Assembly: GCA_002269645.1 (NCBI GenBank)
Contig: NIVC01000104.1
Coordinates: 897,179-961,178 of the forward strand
Direction: 5' to 3'
Source of the DNA: Macrostomum lignano
Lineage: Eukaryota
Length of the DNA: 64,000 nucleotides
Numbering within the stretch: position 1 is the first letter of the stretch; each line of letters begins with the position of its first letter. Positions 1-13,000 of the stretch are shown here, in pieces. Both the position numbers and the translations under genes were made by a program. Under the pieces are notes generated by a model, which did not search any database, was not told the DNA's origin, and saw nothing but the letters and a program-made list of their open reading frames with translations.

Positions 1-1
1 C

Positions 2-185
<184 letters not shown>

Positions 186-3158
186 CGTTCGCGATCAGAT
201 TTCTTCTTAACAAGGACACTCTCAGGCAGATAGAAGGACGGAAGACTATACGTTTTTTTCGGAAAAATTTTAGGAGGCAGCATGCAGATTTTACAATAAA
301 AAATGCATTATGGAGTTTTTTAACTTCAGGGCAGGCAGGCTGTTAAAACAAAACTGTTATTGCTTTTGATAGGAGACAAACCGAAGTATTCATAGTTTTT
401 TTCTGTTTTTCATTTCTCACACATGTAGCTCTGTTGATATTAATAAAGTTTTTTTGTGTAGAAAATTAGGATTCTATGTTAATTTTACATCCTACCTACA
501 ATCGTGCATATTCTGTGCCTAAAAAAGAACACAACTCGAAGAACCATTCATGGTTTTATCATTCTTAGCTGACTGGTAAAAATTAAATATGTGTAACAGA
601 AAATACTAAGAAGGTGATCAGTTCATGGTCAAACAAGGACCTTGGTGCCAAGAATCCTCTGCGCAAGACTTAGGAGGCCTGCCTCAACACCCACGGGATG
701 AATTGTCTTCGAAGTGCGTTCTGTAAGTAAGGCTGTAGGAGACAAAGACTTTTTGAGCTAATCATCACGTCAAAAGATCGAGGCAGGTGTGAGAATCGCT
801 GGCTGAAAAAAATGCCTGCCAAACAGACATATAGTGCACAGATAAGATCACTACGCCATGCTACTGAGGGGCAACAGCCCTGGCCTTACAGTTATTATAC
901 TTTTATACAATTCGAAATAAAAATGAATAAATATAACGTTATAATTTAGAACCTTATTCTGTAAAGAAAAATAGTTAACAAAAACAGTGGACTACTTTTT
1001 GTTTTCACCTATTGAAACAATTTTTGAAGTCATGATATAATACCGATTATTAGGAAGCTGCATGTTTTGTTTTAAATATTGGCTGACAAGCAATTTTAAT
1101 TTGATTTCCTAGCAATGACCTCATTTTATAATTAACCGAGTGCATGCATGGCGTGTCGTAAAATGTTATTGAGTTTCACCGTTTCCCTAATTCATTACCT
1201 TAGTTTTACGCCTATGTACGCCGTTAAATAATAAAGAAAGTAAGAAATTAAGAAAGTAAGAAATGAAAAACATACAGTATGTTGGTAGGCCTACAAAGTT
1301 ATGCTAGTCCAAGTCTATCGAAGCGTGTGCCACACATTAGCATTTCATTTTTTAAGTTTAAGATTGTTACATTGCAACAATGAATAATGTAAATTTGTGT
1401 TTTTGAGATTTGTGAACTGGGAAGAACTGTCATAAGGACCCTTTGTTTTTATCAGCAGACTTAATTTTATGGTTCTCTTTTGAAGAGAGATCTCTTTTGA
1501 AAGAATCTTTTTTATGTTATTTCCCCAGTTCACAAGTTAGGTATATATTTCTATATTACTAGTTAGTAGTTCTTAAGTCATCAAATCATCAAATGGTGCT
1601 GTTTTCTTTATCGCCTTATGTACCCACTACCCAGTACCTTCACATTTGTTATTTATCCTACACTACACCTATACAGTAGCACAAATATTGAAATAAGGCG
1701 AAGGGTAAGAGGCTATCCTTTTTGGCAAATACATATAGTCAAGGACTCAAGGTGCTAGGCTGGGCCTACTTATGATGTTATAGATTGTCTCTACTAAACT
1801 AAAAAAAAACATTTTAGAGGACAACTTGGTCTATACATTATCTGCACATGGTTTCTTGCCCTAATCCTAACCTTGTAAGAAAGTTGTAGTAGGCCTAGCC
1901 CTAGGCCTATTGAAAAACAATTAGGCCTATCCCATATTAGCCTTAGCCCTAAGCCTACCCCTAGTGCTTAATGCTTGATATCTAGGCTAGGGACCAGGGT
2001 GTACTTCATACATCAAGTGATCAAAAAATTGACCAAGAAAGGCACAAAAAGTAGTTTATTTTTTGTTAGAAAAATGTGTATAGTATAGGCCTATTGTTAG
2101 ATTTAAATATAGCAATAGTGTGCTCTAGTGCCAATGCCAAGCCAATAATAATTTACTAGGCCTAAACTAAAGCTCTTTCAGTTCAAAGCCAAAAAAAACA
2201 AAATTAATAAAGTTTTGCCTACATGTGTATTTAATTTTTTACTTTCTGTGTAAAATGCATTATTTTTAAGATAATTTTCACCTTGGATTGGTATAGGATA
2301 TATTATGATATGAATAGGCCCTATTAATTATATGCTATAGTGTAGGCCACTGTCAAGCAAGTGTCTAATATATGCCAGAATTTTCTAGGCAAAATTTTAG
2401 GTACATGCCAAGTATACCAAAAATAGAAAATAGCCTATAACTTTGTTATATATACCAAAATTTTAGAATTATATAATCTCATTTTCTGCTATAATAATAA
2501 AGGAAATTTTTTCCACTTTTACATTTAATATTTATATTTACTTTATAACAAGACAAATTTCATGTAATCATGTCTATTATTCCTTTATAAAAAAACTTGC
2601 AATTACTCAAGTTCTAGTATCTAAATTCTTTAAAACAACACTATTATTTTTAGTTAATATATTTATTAATTTTGGTTTACAATCCCATTATCTCTTAAAA
2701 CCACTTATTTTTTTCTTAGAAATGTTCCACCTTTTGTTATAGAAACTAGAAATACTTTTCCTATTTTCAAATTGCTTTTCATACCACTTTGTATACCAAA
2801 TACAACTTTTTAAGATTTAAACATGCCAAATATGTATGCCAAGGAACTATGCAAGGCTAATGCACACCAGAAAATTCTGGTGTATATATACCAAACAACA
2901 GTCAAAAGTTTCACCCACCAAGCAAGAATATTTTTATTCACTTTTTACTGTGCATTTTAAATGAGAAATTTTCTCTCTATGCCTGATTTATATAAGGTGG
3001 AACTTTTGACTATTGCTAAGTATAGGACACCTTCTTGACTATGGGTTGTAGGCCTTTTTTGGTTTGCTCTAAAATAAATCCTACAAATGCCACAAAGTTA
3101 TTATAGGGCTACTATATAATATCCCAAATTTATTATTAAATTACTTACTAAGTATAGG

Positions 3159-3328
3159 CATACATGCGCAACCTTGGGAATCACTTGGCCATTTCTATTG
3201 GCAACACACATGTAAGTCACTATTAGCTAAGAGTAGTCACATGACTACTGTTCTGTCCAATAGCAACTTACATGTATGTGTTGCCAATAGAAATAGTCGG
3301 GTGAATCCCTAGGTTATACCCAAGCATA
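3159..3328. mobile_element. hAT-type MITE, decayed copy
   Basis: 170-bp fold-back element flanked by the 8-bp direct repeat AGTATAGG (3151-3158 and 3329-3336). Aligns end to end with the reverse complement of 24133-24304. An 8-bp TSD with CAT termini is typical of hAT. Confidence 0.85.
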
Positions 3329-4995
3329 AGTATAGGCTACCATCATGATTTACCTTTGAAAGCTTTAGTGCTCAAGTGGCAAGACATTGCTTATTACTAT
3401 AATAGTAAAAAATAAATTCCAAAATGGTGTTACTAATGATTGAGGGGTTTCTAGCTTTTATTATAGTCTATCACAACTTAATATTGCATCATGTTTCTTT
3501 GCTTGCAATAGTGAGCAGCATGCTTGTACTTCTTGGGAATTCCTTCCCTTTTTTACTTGGCAGCCCTTTTATCTTACAAAATTACTTTTTTTAATAATCA
3601 TTGTTTAACTGGCAAAATGCCTCTTTTTTACCCAAATGGGTTTATTTTATAATCTTGCTTTATTTGACAAACACTATTTTAAAATCTTCAATTTTGCAAG
3701 CATACATCTAATAACTAAGAGAGTATAAAAGATATTTTAAGCATTTCAAAGTATTAAGGTTGAATTGGCAAACTCCAGGTTAAAGCTTCTCTTGCTTTTT
3801 GTATCCTATATTAATTTTATATTAGTCAAAGTGGTTTCTAATTGGATCAATATCTATACCAATGAAATTGAGCATAGAAAAACAAAACTTTAATAAAACA
3901 AGTTATATAGGCCATAGTAAAATAAAATTATTGTGCTAATAATTACTTAATAAATAAATAGCTTTGATGAGAATTTCAGTTAATATATATTTATCCTATA
4001 ATATAGGCCCAGGCCCACAACTAAGTAAGTTACTTGTGACTCATAGTTGTGTTATATATAGACCTCAATATATACTTTGATTATGGGCAATCATTATTTG
4101 CATATTACCATGTAAATATTGCCTATGTTATTTATATTATAATATAACTGAAATAAATAGCTTATAAATCTTATCAGAAACTGCTCAATATTTGTCCCTG
4201 TATTTTTATTTTTATAATGAGTTTTAGCTAACTAACTAAAGCCAATAAATGTAGTTAGGATTAGGATTTGGGTTACTAATACCATAGTATACATTTTTTA
4301 TTTATTGTTTGCTAATCTTTTTGAGGATAATTGGTTTTGGCAATAATTTTATATCTAATTTATAGAATCTTAAAATCATATTAGGAGATTGTTTTTTGTC
4401 TTGTCTAGACTAGGCCTATATATTGCAAGATATTTAGGGTCAAATAAGATCAAAATTTGTGCTATATCTAACTAATATGTTCAGTTTATGCCCTGATTAG
4501 TTTTTTAATTTTTGTCCTATATAAATTGGCAAAATTATCTAGAGCTATCAAGATGAATAGATAGATAGACTAAGTAAATTTATATCTAAACTGTTTATGT
4601 TATCGTAACTGCCTTTTTAAGATATGTTGTAAAATCAGTATTGGGTCTATCCCAGTTCTAAAAAATATTGGAATTCAGATCTAATATACCTCTAAAGATA
4701 AAATTTTTTATAATAACTCTATAAATAAACTATTAAAGTATATAGAAATGCATTAGAAACAATGATACACTTTAGAAAAGCATAAGGAATAATATTATTA
4801 GCATTGGGTAGGGTAGTAGAAATAAAATATTTTTTTCCAGTTTCATAGCTTTTGTTAAGAGAACTCTTAAGTCCATTGGGCTGGGAACTCAAACAGCAGA
4901 GATTTTTTATTCTACATGCATATTTTTTGATTGAATACAAGTAATAAAAACGCTCTCAATTAAATTCTTCTGCGCCTGAAATACACTGAGCCAAA

Positions 4996-7900
4996 ATGCC
5001 AACCAGCAGAGGCAGCGTCTGCGAAGATGAAGATGGCATTTCCCAGCCGCGTATTGTTGCCAATCGCTATGAAGTTGTCCGTCGCCTTGGCAACCTTGGA
5101 TTGGATGGTGTGGCCTATCTGGTCCGGGATCTGCAGGCCGACAGCTGTCCGCTGCGCACCCTTAAAGAGATTCACGTTGGCCAGCTGTCGCCTTCTCAGC
5201 TGCGCCAGCTACTTGATGAAGCTGAGATGCTGAGCCAATTAAACCATCTGTTGTTGTCAACTCCGTTGGAAAGCTTTCTGGATGGCGAGTTTTATTGCTC
5301 GATATCGCACTATTGGGAAGAGGGCGATCTTGGCCAGGTGTTAATCGCCTGCAAACAGGTGAGCAGAAATCGGCCCTCAAATCCTTATAGGCTGAACTGA
5401 AATTCACGGAGTTTTGTGTCAAAAATGGATAATTAAACTTTTGTGGCAGATAAAATCTTTTTTCGGGAGTTTTTTGTAACCTAAAGATCCCAATAGATTT
5501 ATGGGATGCTTTGGACAGACTTTAAAATCCTTATTAGTCCTAGTTGCACTTCAAGATGACTATCAATCTATGGGATATTGTTTACTTTAGTTTCCCTATA
5601 AATTCATTGAACGATTTGCACTTTAAGATCCCTGTTCATATATTGGATTTTTTGCACTTTAAGATTCCTTTGTATATATGGGATTCTTTGCACTTTAAGA
5701 TCCCTATCAATATGTTGGATCCTTTACACTTTAGGATCCCTATGAATTTATTAAATCCTTTGCACTTAAAGATCCCTAATAATCTATTGGATCCTTTGCA
5801 CTTTAAGATCACTATTAATATATGGGATCCTTTGCACTTTAGGATCCCTAATTATATATGGGATCTTTTGCATATTAAGATCCCTAATTATATATGGGAT
5901 CCTTTGCACTTTAAGATCCCTAATTATATATGGGATCCTTTGAACTTTAAGATCCCTAATTATATATGGGATCCTTTGCACTTTAAGATCCCTAATTATA
6001 TATGGGATCCTTTGCACTTTAAGATCCCTGATTATATATGGGATCCTTTGCACTTTAAGATCCCTAATTATATATGGGATCCTTTGCACTTTAAGATCCC
6101 TATTCAGTCAGTAGAATCCCAAATATATTATGATCATATTCAACACCCGCCCACAGGCCGGTCGCTTTCTACCGGAATCGCAAATCGCAGCCTGGTTTGT
6201 TCAGCTCTGCCTGGCCGTTCGCTATCTGCACAGTCGCGGCATCATTCACCGCAATTTGAAATCTAGCAACGTGTTCTTAGATTCTGGCCGGATTCGAATT
6301 GGCGACCTCTGCCCGTCTCTGCTGATGCTCGGGCATCACAAAGCTACTACTTCGATTTTCTATGGTACTCCGCACTACACCAGCCCGGAGGTGCTGCGTC
6401 ACGATGGCGTCACATCACAGTGCGACCTGTGGTCTATGGGCTGCATACTGTTCGAGATGTGCCATCTGCGCTATGCGTTCGACTCGCAGAGCATGATGGG
6501 CGTGGTGAGTGCAGTGTGGCAGTTTTGATTTCGGGACTGTGAGATCCCAAAGTTATTGGGATTTTTCGGGACTGTAGGATTAAGAAATTGTTAGCCTTTT
6601 TGGGACTGTAGGATCCAGAAATTATTGGGATATTTTCGAGACTGAGATCCCGAAATTGATGGGATTTTTCAGGACTGTGAGATCCCGAAATTGTTAGGGA
6701 TTTTTCGAGACTGTGAGATCCCGAAATTGTTGGGACTTTTCAGGACTGTGAGATCCCGAAGTTATTGGGATTTTTCGGGACTGTAGGATTCAGAAATTGT
6801 TGGGACTTTTCAGGACTGTGAGATCCCGAAGTTATTGGGATTTTTCGGGACTGTAGGATTCAGAAATTGTTGGGACTTTTCAGGACTGTGAGATCCCGAA
6901 GTTATTGGGATTTTTTAGGTCTGTGAGATCCCGAAGTTATTGGGATTTTTTAGGACTGTGAGATCCTGAAATTGTTAGGACTTTTCAGGACTGTGAGATC
7001 CTGAGATCCCGAATTTTTTGGGATATTTTCGGGACTGTAGGATCCCGAAATTGATGGGATATTTTCGGGACTGTGAGATCCCGTAATTGATGGGATTTTT
7101 CAGGACTGTGAGATCCCGAAATTGTTAGGGATTTTTCAGGACTGTGAGATCCCGAAATTGTTAGGGATTTTTCGAGACTGTGAGATCCCGAAATTGTTAG
7201 GGATTTTTCGAGACTGTGAGATCCCGAAATTGTTAGGGATTTTTCAGGACTGAGATCCCGAAATTGTTAAGCTTTTTAGGACTGTAGGATCCAGAAATTA
7301 TTGGAATATTTTAAGGACTCGGTCCCGAAATTGATTGGTATTTTTTTCTGGACTGTAGTATCCCGAAATTATTGAGATTTTTCGGAACTCTAGGATCCCA
7401 AAATTGATTGGGATTTCCTAACAATTTTCGGGACTGTAGGATCCCACAATTGTTAGGATATTTTTGGGACCGAAGTATTGGAATTTTTAGAACAGGATTC
7501 TAAGAATCGTGATTTTCATGGCTATTTGATTTGTATAAGCTTTGTCAATTTGACCTAGGAATAAAAAATGACGACCCCCCCCCAATCAACCCAAAGGTGT
7601 ACAACGTTGTACGCGGTCGCAGCAACCCCCTGCCCAGCGGTCCCAGGCAGTACGGTCCCGAGCTGCTGTCCGCCATTGACGCCCTACTCCGCCCCGTGGC
7701 CGAAGATCGCGAGCGCTCCGCCAGCCTATTGGGCAGCAAATATTTTGGCCTACATTTGAACTCGCTGCGCAACCAGCTGCTGGCCAGCGATCCCGACATC
7801 TGCCGTGTACTCGCTCGGCGCGAGGCCGCCGCCCGTGCTGCCGAGGCTCGGGAACGCGCCGCTGAAGCGGCTCGCTTAGAAGAGGAGCGCCTGTTAGCCG

Positions 7901-8850
7901 AAGTCCGCGGCGGCCTAGGCGGTGGTCGGCGACGCGGCGACGGCGGCGGCGAAGATGCCGATTTCGACGGCGACGATAGCGACGGCCCGGGAGGTCCGCT
8001 GATCAATCAGCCGGGAGTTCAGCTGCCGTACAGCGGCAGAGGCGGCGTGTCGCTGACGCTGGCCTGCGAGGCCGACTGGGAGAGGCGAATGCGCGACCTG
8101 CTGGAGGCTGGCAGCGGCGGCAATCGGCACCCGACAGGTCCGGAGCCGCTGCGCTCCAACAGTCGGCTTGTTGGCAACGCTGACGTGCCCGACGGTCAGG
8201 ACGCCATCAGCCGGTGCCTCTACGGCGGCGGCGGCGCTGGCGGCATTCGCGGCCTGTCTGCTGCTAGTAGCAGAAGCAACAATAGGCAGTGGCGGCGCGG
8301 TCAGTCCAGTCTGCACTATGACATCGGCTCGGTGCCGCTGCTGACCGCGGCTACGCCTAGAGACGGTCCGCGCCGAGTCGAACCCGGGACCTTGGGGCTG
8401 GGCTCCGCTGTAGCCAATGGCGACGCCACGGTTGGGCATGCCGATAATCAGGCCGACGATGAGATCAACTCCAACTCCGACGTTGATGTCGACGGCGACG
8501 ACGGTGACGAAGACGACGAAGAGACGGCGGCGGCGCTGCTGCCGCATCCGGGCGCCGATCTTGTCGAGCAGATCGACAATCTGGCCCCGCTGCCCTGCGT
8601 AGCCGACAGCGTCTGCTTCACGCCGGCTTCCAGAGCCGTTCGAATTGAAATGCTTCGCCGACAGGCCCTGGCCCGGCTGCCTAAGGAGACATTCGACCGG
8701 CTGGCCGAGTTTCTACGCGAAGCTCGTTCGACTGCAGGCTGGAAAGAGGCGGAACTGCAGGATCGTTTGGCTTCGATGCATCCTAGGCTAGCTGATTGTT
8801 TCCTAGTTGATCAGCTGGTGTTCTTGGAAGCTTGCCAACGTGAGGAATAA
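4996..8850 (+). CDS. NEK11: NIMA-related kinase NEK11-like, probable pseudokinase (about 654 aa, 3 exons)
   Basis: Exons 4996-5358, 6157-6504 and 7597-8850, joined by phase-0 GT-AG introns, give a continuous frame (..IACKQ|AGRFLPESQI..; ..SMMGV|VYNVVRG..). Kinase motifs: RYEVVRRLG, TLKEI, HRNLKSSN, IGDLC, GTPHYTSPE, DLWSMGC. The C-terminal segment RIEMLRRQAL..ADCFLVDQLVFLE resembles the NEK11 C-terminus as I recall it. Confidence 0.88.
5490..6105. repeat. 36-bp minisatellite in NEK11 intron 1
   Basis: Unit GGGATCCTTTGCACTTTAAGATCCCTAATTATATAT, period 36 (5881 to 5917); degenerate at the 5' side. Confidence 0.95.
6530..7480. repeat. 35-36-bp minisatellite in NEK11 intron 2
   Basis: Unit approximately GACTGTGAGATCCCGAAATTGTTAGGGATTTTTCAG, period 36 (7105, 7141, 7177). 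Confidence 0.95.
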
Positions 8851-10098
8851 TCAGAAACAAATTGTTACACATGCGCTATTGTGCTACTATAAGTAAATAA
8901 AACGAAAATTTTCAGATTTTTTTAGAAATTGCAAGAAATTGTGAACTTTAAACTTTTTTTACTACTATTAGTAGGCGTATAAAATTCTTCTACTAATAAA
9001 CAAAATCTACAGTGTTTTTTATTTTCGTTCTGTATTTGAAAAACAGTTGCGCTAATTTTAGTTTAGTAGATCAAAACATTGTGTAGAATTTCTCTTTATT
9101 GTCCTTTTAAGAGTACTAACATCTTAAATCTATCTGTGATTTTTTTCAATAAACTGCCGTCCTTGTGATAAAAAGTGGGGTTATTTTTTATTATTTCTAC
9201 TCACCAGTAGGCTATCGAGAATCTCGCTCTTATTTTCTGTTTCTGTATCAGTCCCGTCTTCCCGGCTAAAATTCGTGTCTCAGAAGTTTCCCGCTGTGTT
9301 AATTAACGAATTAATTTGTTATAAACTGATTTTAGAATCTCGCCTTAAATGAATTCCGTCCTTTCTTCTCTGCTTTATTTTTATTACTATTTAAGTTTCA
9401 AATATATATATATATATATTTTGTCTCAACTTTTTAGACTCAAGTGACTCCTGTTTTTTTTCATTAATTCTCTTCTGAGACCCTACAGGGCTTCTAGCCA
9501 CACTCAGTGAACAGATAAGTAGCAATATTAGTGTCCTAAAGAGCCTTGTAGTTAGCTTTTTCTGCAAGTAAATGACTACTCTGGGATCTTAGGACAACTA
9601 GAAAGTTGGACTGCTGTAAGCCTGTGCTTTTTCAGTGGTTAGAGCTAGTTGCTAACTAACTGGCTATGTAACAGGTAAATTAAGCTTTTAGAGATTAAAA
9701 TTGCTTGTCATACCTTGTCTACCATTAGCAATTATCACTTGGCTTAATCCCTAGCACAATAGGGTGCTACTTGGGGCGTCTGTTAGGCAGTTTTGCAAGA
9801 GCAAAGGGTAAAATGTAGATGACAGGTTAAGCTCTAGCACTTAGCAGGCGGCTCTATAAAGAATAGAGATATTAGCCGAGGCAACACACCAGCTGCTCAG
9901 GACGTTTGCGATTAAGTTTCTCTATTCGAGCGCACATGCCAAGTTGAATATTTTCCACCCATAGCTATGCCTTTCTATTCTTCCGTCTCTATTCTTTGCA
10001 TGGCATAGGAGACCGGCGTGGCTTCATCGTGTCATAGCTAGTAAATTTCTTCTTCATTCTCTCCCTGCGAGACTCGCCTAGCCGCTATTGAGTCGAAG

Positions 10099-13000
10099 AT
10101 GCAGCGTTTTAACAATAATAGCAGCAGCGGTAACAGCTGTTTAAATAGCAATGGCGGCAAGTTGTCTCAGCAGCGCAGAGCCAATCCGGAATTCTTAGGG
10201 TCGCCGCAATCGTCCGTAGCGACAGATTACAACTTTGACAACGAGGCTGAAGAGGAGGAGGAAGAGGAGGGCGACGAGCCAGCCGACCGGATGTTGTACA
10301 TGCAGCAGGATTTGCGCAGCACTCGAGCCGAAGCGGAACTATTGCGCCAACAGTTGCTAGCGGCTAGAAAAGAGCTAGCTACTAGTCAGAGAGATCGAGT
10401 CTACGAGGCTGGCGAAGCTAATAGGCGCGAATGCGATTTGCGCGCCGAATTAGCTAGAGTGCGCGCCGATGCCGAGAGTAGCGCTGCCGGGGCTAGCGGA
10501 GCCGAATGCGAATTGGCGCGTCTGCGAGCGGAATTAGCCGATCGAGAGAGGGAAAGACGGCTGAGGGAGCAGGAGATAAATGAGATTAAGGCTGCGCATT
10601 CTAGTGAGATTTTACATTAAATACTAACTTTTAATGCTTTGTTTAGGTGCGGGTTGCAGTACTTCCGGTTGTGAAGTGTGAGTTGCAGCGCTTCCGGTTG
10701 AGAAGTGTGAGTTGCAGTACTTCCGGTTGTGAAGTGTGAGTTGCAGCGCTTCCGGTTGAGAAGTGTGAGTTGCAGCGCTTCCGGTTGTGAAGTGTGGGTT
10801 GCAGTACATCCGGTTGTTAAGTGTGGGTTGTAGCGCTTCCGGTTGTGAAGTGTGGGTTCTTCCGGTTGTGAAGTGTGGGTTGCAGCGCTTCCGGTTGTGA
10901 ATTTGAAGTGTAGGTTGCAGCTCTTCCAGTTGGGAAGTATGGGTTGCAGTACTTCCAGTTGTGAAGTGTGGGTTGCAGCGCTTCCGGTTGTGAATTTGAA
11001 GTGTAGGTTGCAGCTCTTCCAGTTGGGAAGTATGGGTTGCAGTACATCTGGTTGTTAAGTGTGGGTTGCAGTACATCCGGTTGTGAAATGTGGGTTGCAG
11101 TTCATCCGGTTGTGAAGTGTGGGTTGCAGTACATCCGGTTGTGAAGTGTGGGTTGCAGTACATCCGGTTGTGAAGTGTGGGTTGCAGTTCATCCGGTTGT
11201 GAAGTGTGGGTTGCAGTACATCCGGTTGTGAAGTGTGGGTTGCAGTACATCCGGTTGTGAAGTGTGGGTTGCAGCGCTTCCGGTTGTGAATTTGAAGTGT
11301 AGGTTGCAGCTCTTCCAGTTGGGAAGTATGGGTTGCAGTACATCTGGTTGTTAAGTGTGGGTTGCAGTACATCTGGTTGTTAAGTGTGGGTTTCAGTACA
11401 TCCGGTTGTGAAGTGTGGGTTGCAGTACATCTGGTTGTGAAGTGTGGGTTGCAGCGCTCCCGGTTCTCATGTTATGCTTGTATTTATTTCCGTCATGGAT
11501 TTCTTCCTGTTTGATTAATTTCAATCAAACGGAAACTCTAATCTATGTGCATATTTTATCCCTATCCAGAGCAGCTGGACAGTCTGCAAGAGGAGCTGGC
11601 CACAGCTAGATCGGCCATACAACAGCGAGCTGCCGAACAGGCAACTAGAGAGAAAGATCTGGCCGATAAAATTCGACATTTGGTTAGCGACTATTAATAC
11701 TACAATATTAGTTTACTAAAATAATTAGGGTAATTATAATGTCGAAGTTTTATTTCACTTTTTAATCCACAATAGGGCGACGTTCTGGATTCGCGAAATG
11801 CCGAATTGGATTCTGTTAAACAGGAGATGCAGCAATGCAACAGTGATAAAAGCGATTTAGAATCGTGAGTGTTTGTTTTAATTTTTGATATATTTATGAC
11901 ATATTCCGTTCGTGATGCCACTTTTAAGTACGCAGCATTAAATCTTCCGCATTCACATACTTTTTTGGGAATGTGAGCTTCGTCAATGTAAATCTCAGGC
12001 AATGTAAACCCTGTGAAATGTGAATCTCAGGCAATGTGAACCCTGTGAAATATGAATCTCAGGCAATGTGAACCCTGTGAAATATGAATCTCAGGCAATG
12101 TGAACCCTGTTAAATGCGAATCTCATGCAATGTGAACCCTGTGAAATGTGAATCTCAGGCAATGTGAACCCTGTGAAATGTGAATCTCAGGCAATGTGAA
12201 CCCTGTGAAATGTGAATCTCAGGCAATGTGAACCCTGTGAAATGCGAATCTGAGGCAATGGGAACCCTGTGAAATGCGAATCTCAGGCAATTTGAACTCT
12301 GTGAAATGTGAATCTCAGGCAATTTGAACTCTGTGAAATGTGAAGCTCAGGCAATGGGAACCCTGTGAAATGCGAATCTCATGCAATGTGAACCCTGTGA
12401 AATGTGAATCTCAGGCAATTTAAACCCTGGGGAATGTGAATCTCAGGCAATTTGAACTCTGTGAAATGTGAATCTCAGGCAATTTGAACTCTGTGAAATG
12501 TGAATCTGAGGCAATGTGAACTCTGTGAAATGCGAATCTGAGGCAATGTGAACCCTGTGAAATGCGAATCTCATGCAATGTGAACCCTGTGAAATGTGAA
12601 TCTCAGGCAATTTAAACCCTGGGGAATGTGAATCTTAGGCAATGTAAACTCTGGGGAATGTGAATCTCAGGCAATGTGAACTCTGAGGAATGTGAATCTC
12701 AGGCAATGTGTATCTCATACAATGTGAACTCTGGGGAATGTGAATCTCAGGCAATGTGAACTCTGAGGAATGTGAATCTCAGGCAATGTGAATCTCATAC
12801 AATGTGAACTCTGGGGAATGTGAATCTCAGGCAATGTGAACTCTGGGGAATGTGAATCTCAGGCAATGTGAACTCTGAGGAATGTGAATCTCAGGCAATG
12901 TGAATCTCATACAATGTGAACTCTGGGGAATGTGAATCTCAGGCAATGTGAACTCTGGGGAATGTGAATCTCAGGCAATGTGAACTCTGAGGAATGTGAA

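Noticed and set aside
5544-6089. ORFs with KIPNYIWDPLHF / QRIPYIIRDLKV repeats
   Set aside because: Translations of a 36-bp array inside a GT-AG intron whose removal restores the NEK11 frame.
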